From Phoronis australis (lineage: Eukaryota > Animalia > Phoronida): a stretch of 64,000 nucleotides of DNA. Positions 38,124-49,700 of this stretch are shown here, in pieces. Position 1 is the first letter of the stretch. The number at the start of each line of letters is the position of its first letter. The translations under genes were made by a program, and so were the position numbers. A model generated the notes under the pieces. That model had not been told where the DNA came from and searched no databases. It saw only the letters and a list, made by a program, of their open reading frames with translations. The stretch spans positions 1 through 64,000 of the forward strand of contig NMRA01000448.1 of assembly GCA_002633005.1 (NCBI GenBank), in the 5' to 3' direction.

Positions 38124-38333
38124 CAACCAATGAGAGTAGTCCCTCACACAGAAGCTGGCGTTTCGGACTAGCCAACAACCTTTCACAGGGCTGCTTGTTG
38201 AGCACCGATCGCAAACTCTCGGGAACGAAGGCCCGATGCTCCATGTCGGTGACCGGCGGCCAAACCAACTGAGATTGCACTTTTTGTATTCTTTCGAAAT
38301 TTTTCAACCACTTCATTTTGTCCTCTAATTTTT
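38124..38333 (-). CDS. PLEKHG7: PLEKHG7-like RhoGEF exon (DH-PH linker)
   Basis: TTACAG|..LEDKMKWLKNF..LVWPP..FVPE..RQLLCEG..G|GTGAGT. KWLxNF, WPP and FxPE match PLEKHG7 as I recall it. Confidence 0.9.
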
Positions 38334-38886
38334 CTGTAATCACAAAAGGGCACATAGAATATATTAAATGATATAACTTAACGGGAATGAAAGACACATT
38401 AACTTTTTCTAAAACAGTATGAGTTACTTTTCTGTGTGATTCTTGTGGCAAACACCACTAAAGAATACAGGACATGAAAAATGACGTTAGCATGAAGATA
38501 CTTAATCCTTGTTTTGGGGTTTGAATTGGTTACGAAGTTTCACAAAATAGGTATCATTGGCATTTAGGTACCAGAGTTATCATGGGAGACCGGTAACAAT
38601 TTTTAACCGTTATTAATAGAGAATGCAAGGACAAGTGCCTTTGGAATTTTTCTGTAACCAGATCGAAGATCATGAATCTTTTCAATGTACAAGGTACACA
38701 AAATTCGGTTTAATTTGAATTTCAACCATCTTATTAATCATGCTCACGTTCAGCAAATTTTAACATGAAGTAAATGCAATTGTTGCTACAGTCATTGAAG
38801 ATTACTTTTGATAAAAACGGTATTGGGAAATTTACATTGCCAAGGGTCACACAGTGAAGAAAATTCGCGGCGACTTCCATACTTGC

Positions 38887-39061
38887 CTAAAGAATTTATT
38901 ACAGATTCTAGAGAACTTGTCAAGTGAATTCGTTCGTCAATATCGTCTGTGTATTTCCGAATGTTACTAAGTAACAGCGGCATCTTCGTCCAATGTTGCA
39001 TTGGTGCGACAAGGAAGTCTGTTATCACAAGTTTCCTACAGCGCGGGTCCTTTTCACACCA
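38887..39061 (-). CDS. PLEKHG7: PLEKHG7-like RhoGEF exon (DH CR3), GC donor
   Basis: TTTCAG|WCEKDPRCRKLVITDFLVAPMQHWTKMPLLL...VINSL-G|GCAAGT, phase 0/1. Confidence 0.88.
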
Positions 39062-39521
39062 CTGAAATTTAAACGATAAGAAAGGGTGAGGAAACTGGCA
39101 ACAACAAAGGATGTGTTTGCTTCGCTTCGTTCTCCAACAAACTAAAATTGTAAAAAAACCTACCGCCTATCCCATCACGATGATACAAGCCTTTGTGCAC
39201 AATAAATCATTTTGTTTCCCTCTCAATCAAATAGTTCACTGTATAACAATCTCTGTGAAAATACAACTCAGCGCAGAATTCACAAGTTTTATTTCTGTTC
39301 TTTCAATGTCCAGAAACAGCTCCATGATTAGCAAAAGTAGGAAAAATTATAATGACAAAGATTATACAGTCGGTCCTTTTGTTTTTGTAGAATTTCTTAA
39401 CAACTGATAAATGGCGTCAAAGTTTTTCCATTGGACTGCCACCCGAGTTATGTCTGTTTATTTTGAAGACAGAATTGAATGTATGCACTGATTAAACCTG
39501 AAAACGTGTACACAAACTCAC

Positions 39522-39638
39522 CTTTTCAAATTCATAAAACTCCTCGTTTTTTCTAAGATTCTCCAAGTGACTAAGAGCATTTGAATAGTTCAGACAGTAG
39601 TTATGGTAGACCTCGCCGTTCTTCGAGTGTTCTGTTAG
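39522..39638 (-). CDS. PLEKHG7: PLEKHG7-like RhoGEF exon (DH domain)
   Basis: TTTTCAG|LTEHSKNGEVYHNYCLNYSNALSHLENLRKNEEFYEFEK|GTGAGT, with the YxxYCxN DH motif. Confidence 0.9.
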
Positions 39639-39910
39639 CTGAAAAGAGAATTATTAAATTTCCAATTGAAAAGAATCGAAAACTGGATCATACGTGACAA
39701 CGACAAACTTCTACAGCTCGATTGTACAATTCCGTATGAGACGAGATACATGTACGCCACTTTTGGCGAACGGCTTTTACAGCTGATACATGTGTTTCAA
39801 AATCGTATTTTAGAAGTTAACTACAAGTCAAAAGTTACAGCAACTTTTCTCGACTCCAGTAAGGATGACACTGTTCTCTAATTTGAGTGTAAATGTGGAT
39901 GAAGTCTTAC

Positions 39911-40012
39911 TTTCTTAAATGAATTGATGAGAACTTCCGTGCGGCCGAATTCAGTCGGACTCATGTCTTTCAACAGTGACGATATGAAGTCTTTACAAAA
40001 CATGTAACTGAC
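39911..40012 (-). CDS. PLEKHG7: PLEKHG7-like RhoGEF exon (DH domain)
   Basis: TTGTAG|VSYMFCKDFISSLLKDMSPTEFGRTEVLINSFKK|GTAAGA, phase 0/0. Confidence 0.85.
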
Positions 40013-40748
40013 CTACAATAAAACAAGGTAATTAATGTAATACCAAGGCAACTAAGTTAAAGCGGCAGTATCAATCTGCCTTCTACCAAAAAACAGCTTT
40101 GGATTTGGATCACTTACCGTTATGAAATTGTATTCAAATTGGAGGTGATTTCAAAACTGAAAGAACTGACTGGTCAGTGACACCAGGCTTGACAAGCTGA
40201 CTTGTCCTTGCGTGTCATTTGCCCAGCATGGTCTCAAAGAGTACGGAACTATCAGTTATTTGAGCAAGGACTACTTTTCATCTCAGTAAGGAACACGTCG
40301 AGAAAAAATTTATAGCGGTAAGTCGTCTCCGTCGAACGTTCGCTTATTGGAGGGCTCACAGATTAATAGCCACTTCAGTGATGTTCTCAATACAGTATCT
40401 TAAACACAGTGAATGCCGTTGCACTAAACTCAATATCGACGCATTCTGACCCCTACCACAGTCAAAAGAAAAACTTGACCACTTGTTCAAGAAGCGATGG
40501 TAAACTTCATTTTAGTTCTTTCACATAGTATACATTGGTTGCACTTGACTTTGTCGAATCCGTCAGGTCAACCGAACAAGATATGATTGGTCTGTAAGTT
40601 GGAAATCGTCACTGAGAACCAATCCAATGTTTTAGCCGCTTGACCCGGTGGTACCGGCGAAGTCTTCAAGCACAGCCATCGTGTGAGTAATGTTTAACTG
40701 TGCGCAAAGCAGGGCAGAGATATGTTTGTTGACAAAACTACAGCTTAC

Positions 40749-40844
40749 ATAACAAATTTCATCGATGTTTCCGAAAAGCGTGTGCGGTTCCGCGATCATG
40801 AGTAAACCCTCTACTTGAGCTTTCTTTAACGGCTCCAAGAAACA
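40749..40844 (-). CDS. PLEKHG7: PLEKHG7-like RhoGEF exon (DH CR2)
   Basis: TTTCAG|CFLEPLKKAQVEGLLMIAEPHTLFGNIDEICY|GTAAGC, with the LFxNIxEI motif. Confidence 0.9.
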
Positions 40845-41325
40845 CTGAAAAGGAAGATCCGTAGTTTGTAAGGAATGACCTTTTAATGTTTTTCCAATCA
40901 ACGCATTTACGCGTTACACAAATACTGAGAATGTAATGAATTACAGTACAGGGGAGATAAACAGAAGAACAGAGGTACAAGATCGTTGCACCTTTAAGGA
41001 GCAACTTCTGAGAGAACCTATGGAATCAAAAAAGTCTAAATGACCCGACACAGAATTGGCTGAAATTTTACCAGTGGATTCGTATCCACCTCAAACGACA
41101 CCAACCACCATAATACACTCAATGACCCCTTCTTCTATTTTTATACCCCCTGAAATTTTTACTTGAAACATGCAAAACTCTCAGCTTAAAAATGGCCTCT
41201 TTTTGTAACAGCATAAATATGTGTAGATGAGGGACTGAAATTTGATATTGTGAAGACGAGTAGGATATTCGTCCCCTGTCTAAAAATATAATTTTCAAAG
41301 AAATGAAAATACCCCCTTCGTACCA

Positions 41326-41546
41326 CCTAATTTAAGTACCCAAACTCAACCTAATTTAAGTACCCAAACTCAACCTAATTTAAGTACCCAAACTCAATCT
41401 AATTTAAGTACCCAAACTCAATCTAATTTAAGTACCCAAACTCAATCTAATTTAAGTACCCAAACTCAATCTAATTTAAGTACCCAAACTCAATCTAATT
41501 TAAGTACCCAAACTCAATCTAATTTAAGTACCCAAACTCAATCTAA
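41326..41546. repeat. 24-bp minisatellite, 9 full copies plus a partial
   Basis: (c/t)ctaatttaagtacccaaactcaa repeated head to tail with no spacers. Confidence 0.97.
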
Positions 41547-42393
41547 CTTATTAGTATGGATATAGAAACAAAAGGAAATTTGTAGAGGATGAACAAAAGT
41601 TACAATAATAAAGGTCTGGTCTTTTTTTGACTTCATGCATAGAAATTCAACTGAAAATGCGCATTTTTGGTTGCCAAGTGTCCAGTACATGTTGTAATTG
41701 CTCAGTAGTATACAATGTGACGGAAATTTTTTAATTAGCAGTAGAAACATTATTTAGTGTGCAGAATTATCTTGTTTACAGTTTCTTTGATCTCAGATTG
41801 GTTGGTTGTATCAAAGTTGTCATCAGACTCTTAATGCAGAGGGAATTTTCAGCAAGTGACACCTTGTGAAGCTACAGTAGTGGAACTTCCTGTTCATGGA
41901 AATATGGCTGCTGTAGTGTAAAGTTTTAAAATGTATTATACGTGAAAATGTTCACATTAAGAAGTCTATGTCGAAAGTGGGAAGCTGCACAAAGAAGTAC
42001 AGCAGAGCATGTACCATGTACCTGTAATATGTGAGTGAGCCAGTTTTTGAATATGAACTCAACCTCGCCGGAGTGGGCGTGTTTGGTACATTGCTCGGTT
42101 CAGGGATGCACAATAATGTTCACTTCCTTAGTTGATATAAATGCTCTCCTGGGCACACGTGTGATCTGGTGAGGGGAACTGCATTTGATGACATTGCGAG
42201 GCAGTAGGTGTCTGCCACCAATACATCTGGGCCACCAGCACTTCCGCCCGCGTCTTATGAAGAGAGCTGGCCAAGGTCCATTTCTAATGAAACAGAGTGT
42301 AGGTGGGCACTACACAAAGGCAAACGGAGCTCCAGATTTGTTCATGACGTGAAAGCGTTCTTGACGGAAAGTCAGCAGCTGGGCAAAGAACTG

Positions 42394-42542
42394 GCCTGCG
42401 TTCAGTAACGCTAGGACCTACGCTAGGACCTAGTTAAAATCTAGTCAGTCACGTGTTCTCGCTCAAAATGCACGGCAATGTCTCGCGTAATCTCTCGAAG
42501 ACTTGCTTTTTAGCGAGGTCCTAGCGTTACTGAACTGGAGGC
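42394..42542. mobile_element. MITE (TTCAGTAACG TIR family), copy 2
   Basis: TIRs gttcagtaacgctaggacc and ggtcctagcgttactgaac; inverted relative to copy 1. Confidence 0.8.
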
Positions 42543-43823
42543 TGAGGAGATGAGGTTAGCGAAAAATGACCAGAAAAAATGTCTTAAATGAGACGACTGG
42601 CTATAAGAGGTCCAGATTAGTGGCTTCTTCCCTGGTATGGCTGCCTCCCTTAAAAGCTGGCTGCAGGATGGAGACGCGCAAACGGTGGGGGGAGAAGTTT
42701 TAACATTCGAACTATAACATGAAGTTGTGGAACAGCTGGGTTAATTACCATACCATAGACATCAGTATTAAGATGTCTATGATTAATACCCAGTCCGTTC
42801 TATTTGGGAAGTTCTGTCAACACCTTTTTTCTGTAAGTTGATTGTCGAGGTTTAAAGATCCACAATTCTTTCTTGATGTTTTATGTTCATACATTTTGAT
42901 TTGTTCACTTCTTTATGACGTCACATGAGTTTATTCTACTGTGAAAAGAAGGACAATAAACAAAATATTTGTACTTTTAATCGTTGTTACCGCAATGGTT
43001 GAAATTTACAGAAGCACATATTTCGTTCAAGCACAATGGGGTGAAGCTTCTAATACCGACAACATATTCATCAGATAATTATTTGACAGGCAGCACGATG
43101 TACAGATGCTAAAACTGCCAGTTATACATATTTGAGAAAAACCAAGCTCATTGGATTTAATAATTACATCCTCCAGCATTTTTCCATAATACAAGCTCTC
43201 ACCATATCTCACTATATCTCACTACATCACCAATCTCTTTACCAAGATTACTGTTTTGTAAAGAATGTCCTACCTGCAAATGTTTGAGTGCAGGCACAAG
43301 GGCCATTGCCTGGATGTTCATGTTCAAATAAATGGAAGTAGGACGTTTTGTACAAGGGCACATGTTTTACTTTCACGCCAGTTGTATGAGAATTATCTAG
43401 AAAATGTTTATCTTAAACATAAAACGTGTTTCTGGATCTTCTGGTCAGGTACAGTCGCAAAACTCATAGTTATTGTTAACTTTTGAGATGTCTTGCAAAG
43501 TTGACATTTTTTTTTTACTGAAATGAGTGTCGAAAATCGAGGCTTGTGCCAGAAAAACCGAATGTGACATAGTGCATATCAAGGGAAGATCAAGCTCTCA
43601 TAAAGTTTCGGGAAGATGTGTAATGGTTGATGTAGAACCACCCGTAGGAGCTGTCACAACTGCGTCTTAAGCAGTCTTTATGCGACAGGAGTGGAAACTG
43701 AGTTACAATACCGGAAACGGAATTCCATTGCTATTTTTAATCCTGATTCGTTACTTTAGTTGAATTGAACTGAAGCCATGATAAAATAGATAAATGAAAT
43801 AAATCTTGATGTGTCTTACTTAC

Positions 43824-43976
43824 ATGTTTTAGGATCATAAGATGGTCGACCAAAAACACGCATTCACTTGTGAACAGTTCCCAAACTGCCTCGCGTCGTT
43901 TCCTCTCGGTCTCCGATATCGCTAACGAATCACCGTGCTTGTCACTTGTGGCGATGATTTCCGACCAGTGAACGTT
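43824..43976 (-). CDS. PLEKHG7: PLEKHG7-like RhoGEF exon (DH CR1)
   Basis: TTCCAG|NVHWSEII...ERKRREAVWELFTSECVFLVDHLMILKH|GTAAGT. EAVWELFTSEC..DHL is characteristic of PLEKHG7 as I recall it. Confidence 0.92.
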
Positions 43977-44359
43977 CTGGAATGACAGGAACAGCTTAAC
44001 TTGAATATGTGAAAATTCAGTGAAGGTTTTGTAAGGTATCAGTTTTACATATTGTGTGACGATGTTACAGGTTTGGTCTTATCTGCAGGAGCACCACGTC
44101 CTATAGATTGACCCAGTTCTGTCCATAAACTTGGGTTTTTAAGCAAACTTGTACGAAACACTGTGAATACCTTAGATTTCATGTTGAACGTTTCTATCTC
44201 ACTATAAAACATTTGCACCTGCCAAACCTCACCAAACAACAATATGAGTTTCCGATCGATAAGAATATGAACACCGTCTTGAGAAATGAATATGGGCGAG
44301 TTAATGATTTCTTAGAGAACGACCACGACCACGTAATTGCAGGTGGAAATTATACTCAC

Positions 44360-44461
44360 CTTGTATCGCGCCAAGTTGTTGTCCTTGAATATTGATTGTT
44401 TGTAGTTGGCGAAGAAATGATCGAGGGGCGGCGTGTTGTCTTTCCCTCGCTTCCTGTCAAT
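44360..44461 (-). CDS. PLEKHG7: PLEKHG7-like RhoGEF exon (pre-DH)
   Basis: TTTTTCAG|IDRKRGKDNTPPLDHFFANYKQSIFKDNNLARYK|GTGAGT, phase 0/0. Confidence 0.8.
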
Positions 44462-45766
44462 CTGAAAAAGTAATTTCATTTGTAGCGTGCCTCCGCAATA
44501 AAAAGGATTTCTTCTTTGGCGCTGATGTCGTTTTCAAATGCATTATGGGACTGTTCTCGGCTGCTGAGTTGTAAGCCATATGATGGAAAACGCACTCGTC
44601 ACTCACTTGAGTTCATCATAATTCACCAGTGAATTAAGTTAGGAGTCCACGGTAATGCATTGCTTTCGTTGTGGTTACGATTAAACCATAATTATACAAA
44701 GTAAAGTGAACAACAACCGCAACGAATGAACGCATGGGCTGCACTTAAAACGTTTCCGTGGGGTCAACCGACTTCCAGTTTACAGACTGATCACACGAAG
44801 AAACCCTTTGACCAGGCAGAGCCCGCGAAGTCAATTAAGTGCAGCCAGAGATTTCTGGCAAATCGTTTCCCGCGAAAGATTCTCAAACCACGCGCCATCT
44901 GATCACGCTTAGCTTAAATCTCACCACCTAAAATGCCAGTGAGATCTGCAATCCGTAGGCCCAAGAAAATCGCGAAAACGTACGATTACGCAAGCATTAC
45001 AAGCAAAGTTCGTGATTACATCAGCTTACTTATTAAACCTTCAAAAAGTACAAAATGGAAAAAGTGAAATTGACACTAGGAGTGGCAATTCTGGAATGTG
45101 CCTCCGTCGCTTTGATGTGAAAATCTATGCTAAAATTTATGAAGATCCATCAACATCGACATTGCGACCAGTCAAAACATTAGTAGTCAGAGACGTGCGA
45201 ACATCAACGTCAGGCCCCCTTATAGACACGCAAATTTTATGGTGATCTTTAATTAGATTTAGGGGTTAAAGTGGCAAAACACAGCCGCTGCCACCGAGAC
45301 CTGGACGCCCAAATGGAGACGATGACAATGGGTACCCACACATGTAGATGTGTACACATAAAAACAATATACGATGTTGAACGTCATTAGCCGACTTATG
45401 CGATGAATCTCAGGCGTGTAATGGTAAGTGTGCGTCAGTCTATCTTTTTATCTTTTCCTTCTTGACAGACCTTTTGTCATTTTAGAGTAGGCAAATGGTT
45501 TCCAGAGACGCAATATTGCATTAATCATTAGATACATAACACGAGGTCTCCAGTGTATTACCTTAAATGCCAGAACGAGATCAGTAGGTCTTGTAAAGTG
45601 TTCAGATGACCCCGTCAGATGACCTCTGTGACAAGGCTTCGCTAATATGGTCAGAACGCACGGAACAGTTGGCTCTGAAGCCTTCAGTTTTTCGGTAACT
45701 CAATGGTATTTGTTAAAAACAATGGTCTAAATGAAGCCACAACAGGTTTACGCAGAAACAACTTAC

Positions 45767-45804
45767 CAATTTGAGAAACGAAAACGATTTCATTCTTTTC
45801 GAAT
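45767..45804 (-). CDS. PLEKHG7: PLEKHG7-like RhoGEF 38-nt microexon
   Basis: TTTCAG|(D)SKRMKSFSFLKL|GTAAGT. Phase 1/0 bridges the two flanking exons exactly. Confidence 0.7.
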
Positions 45805-46624
45805 CTGAAATGAAAAATCAAACTTAGTTCAGCAAGTGGTGTTCATAATTTGTCTGTCATTGAATGCTGGTATTTTACTTAGATAGCTCAACCTATTAGG
45901 CGTAATTTTTATGAATCATTTCATTACGGTACAACAACGCAGTCCACCAGTTCGGTGAACGTCGACACTCTTCGGTTAACACAGAAAAGTCTAAACGGAT
46001 ATACCCAAAGGATGGCAATTCTATGGATTTTGTACTTAGGGAGAAATTTTCTGCATAGAGTCTTAATTTTCAGACAATTATCTTTAATAAATTAGACAAT
46101 CCCATTGAGAGAAAACAGTTCGATAAATAGCGAGGCATGTACATGACAATACAATTACAATGGTACACAGAAATCGTTCTTCGTGGGAAGCTTTGCTGGA
46201 AGCATTAGTTGCTTTTTATACGTGGAACTGAAATGTATTAACTGCAATTAATCTCAACGTATGTTCCCTCGGCAATACAAAGGGTGGGTTATTGTTGTCT
46301 GAAAGCTAACGCCACAATTAAGGGCTATTTCAGAAACAGATTAGAAATTGACCGTCGCACAACGGAAGTTTGAAAAGGAGACAAACAGTCGAGAACAAAT
46401 CCGTTTGGGTGCCTATTCTGTACGTCATTTTCACTTGTGTGCGTGTGTGAGGGAGTGTACCAACACGTATTCGTTTAATTCCGATACTTTGAAATTTTGT
46501 GTACTGTGTCAATAACACGACAATATGTCGCTGCTGATAACAGAAATACATGTACCCACATAGACATACCATAACAGTAGTGAAAAGGGGGAACAACTCA
46601 CGTGCGTGCAAGTGACTGACTCAC

Positions 46625-46758
46625 CGTCTTGCTCTAACGCCAGTGGCAGCACGTTGCCGGACACGGTGAAATCTGATACGGTGTTCCGCTTTGCAAGCCG
46701 TCTACGCTGATCTGATGCGTGATTTCTCGGAAACGTCATGTTAGTCTTATGTCTTCTC
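46625..46758 (-). CDS. PLEKHG7: PLEKHG7-like RhoGEF N-terminal-region exon
   Basis: TTCTTGCAG|..RRHKTNMTFPRNHASDQRRRLAKRNTVSDF..EQD-G|GTGAGT, phase 2/1. Confidence 0.7.
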
Positions 46759-49700
46759 CTGCAAGAATTTCCATGAGTAAATTAGTAGATCTAGTATGGT
46801 TGCAAAGTATATACTGACGTAGCCACCAGTGTGACAATGAAGCCATGTTCATTGAAAACTATTCCACCCTGGTCGAAAATAACCTTATTAATGCGTTTGG
46901 CTCTCTATGATCCCAAGTTGCCACGTAAGCACCAATGATTAGATGTGAAGTGATTACGGTATGGGAATGTCAAACGGTAAAAGAAGAAAGATAGTATTCT
47001 TTCCGCTCGGTGATTTTTAACTCTGTCTTGCTCAACATCGCGTGAAGCACACATTCCATCAAATAACCAGGACTGCTAATTCCTTTTGACGAGCATATGC
47101 CTTGTCATAACTGCTTTCAATAAACTTCCACCCGAACGGTCCACGACATGAAACTGCTTGCAACATTCCACTGAGAAATACTGAGCGTCTAACGTAACAG
47201 AGAGGTGGACGGTCAGCTGAGCAGCAAAACGACAAGATCAGGTCAAATTAACTTCTTGTTGATTTTTGCGATTTCTCTACGCATAAGAATTTCGTAACCG
47301 AAAGAACAGCTTTAGGTGAAAATGTAAATATTTGAATAAGGTCAACTATGAAGTGCGTTTGGCTAGATAGTTCCTAATTCCCGGGGACCATGAGGATTAC
47401 GTGGTGAAACAACATATTGACTATTTGTTTTATTAATAGAAAGTACTCCCGTGAATTGCCAAAACAGTTCAACGTGAGACATTCTTAAATAAGCTCCAAA
47501 GCTTTCGTTGCATACTTGTCATCGTTTTCCGCAAACAGTTGTAACGTTGCATCACTTGTTTAGAATTCTAAAATCTCACGAGATGAGTCTTTTATTCTAC
47601 AACATCTGACTTCTGTGATAATGAATGTCTACGTTGTCATGGTAACTGGTACAGTTCCCGATCGTGATACTTGTTATTCGGTCAGTGGTGGATATGATAA
47701 CCCAGGACTAAAATGTTTACTTGACATACATGAAATAATCTCCTCTTGGTTGTGAGATAAGAAATCAAAAGCTGCATAACGACAGCGAAAGCACTGTAAA
47801 TGTCGGACATATTCCACAATGGAAAGGAAAAAAGACATTGTGCAAGACTTGTCCACTTTTTAAAAACGTTTGAGACACTGCAACAGTGAAAACTGTATGC
47901 CTTTAAAATGACACGTGTGAATTTCATTTATAAAACAGTAGCCACTGCCACGAGAACGTAAATTATTCTCATACTCGCGGTGGATATTGCTTCTGCCGAG
48001 GGAACCAATGAAACTCCAAGTGCCGCACGAAGAAAAACACTTCATGGGTGCCATTTTAACGACGCCCTTTGATATTGGGACCAAATACTGCTGCGCACAA
48101 AAATCGAGCGAGCCAAATTGCGAAATCTAGTTCTCAGGTTCTTTCATGCTAATTGTGCTCTAATAATCTTCGGTTTCATATTTAATATAATGCGCAAATT
48201 ACATATAGGTGAAAGAGCCTTTTATCAAACCACAAAGCAAATTTCGTTGAAAGTTAATTTCAGAGAAATTGAAGATGCATCTACGCTACTGCTAATGACC
48301 CCTGAATTCAATAAATTGACCTGAGCTGGCCACACTGTTTTAATAGTATTAAAATGCGCCGAACGCATTATAGCAGGCAGATAGGATTCCTTACCCAAGT
48401 ACTGGGTAAACACGCTACTGTTTCCCCATTTTCTAAATGAAAACTATTGATTATTGAGATTCGATACTGAGACCTTCATTTTAAAATGAACAGGTTTTTG
48501 CTGATTGGATCAGCTACACAAGTATTCAGGGCGATGCTCGTGCAAAAAATGAGCCGATAATGCAAAATTCAGAGTAAACTGAGGCTTAGTGGAATGTATA
48601 ATTAACTATTCTCATGTGGCGATAATCGCCTAATCGGTTGAAGAACCCACACGATATTTCGAACTTGGAAATTTAAAGGATATAACAGTCTACTTACTTT
48701 CTGTAAAAATCAGCTTATGATTTATTGTATTTACCGGTTGTAAAACGTGTCTTAAGTTACCCCTTGTTCAGATTAAAGGTGACTCGTAAGGGCTTCAGAA
48801 GAACTAGCATTTCTTTAATGCAAGAGATCAGGCTGTCAGTAGGTTTATCAGGCTAGATCTGATCATACTCAAGCACTACCGAACCATCCGTTTCTCTCTC
48901 GCCCAGAAGCCGTTTGCTGATCTGAATACTTTTATACCTATTTCATATTGGTGAATGGCATAAATCAAAGCCTTGTGATGGCAGAAGGCGAGTGTATTAC
49001 ACGCTTTTAAAAACAATGCGCTGGGAATCAGTAGTAACAGTGCCGTCAGAGGTGTAGCAATTTGTGAATATATTCTCGAAAAAGCAAGAAACGTCGAACG
49101 AGTTTGGAAACAGGTGAGAGAACACTCATTAACATCTTAATTACATTTATATCTGTGTGTTTTGGAGGAGGTCCATGATCAAACGGAAGTAGAAAAAAGC
49201 TCGTAGTCTACTTATTCCGTGATGATCCATCTGGCTTTTTAAATCCAAAATTTAGTTTCAAACAAGTAGGTTGATGAATGTGTTTCGTGTAACTGAAGTT
49301 ATTAATTTTCTGTAAGAGGTTTAATGGGGCGTTTTGCTTAGACATTCTGATCATTAAACAGTTCATGTTTCGAACTCGAGCTAAGTGTCTAGGAATGCTT
49401 GCTTGAGTATATTAAGATTTACGCAAATGAGTTCTTATTCCGAGTTGGCATATTGAATACCTCTTAGCTCTAGATTCGAGTGATAAACTCAAGACATCGA
49501 GTTCAGACTCAGGGATTAGATATTCATCCCCGTGAATCATAATGTGCTTGAGCACAAAATAATAGACAATCATCTTAAGTTCGCATTTAAGTAGAACGGG
49601 AAATGCCAAAGACAATATAGCGTAATAGGCGTAAGAAGCGGAGGGGAGGGGGTCGAGACCCCCCCTCGTGCGAAGTCCAACAGCACCAAGACATGCGGAC

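Noticed and set aside
41326-41546. CRISPR-like repeat array
   Set aside because: The units are directly adjacent with no unique spacers, there are no cas genes, and the context is a eukaryotic intron.
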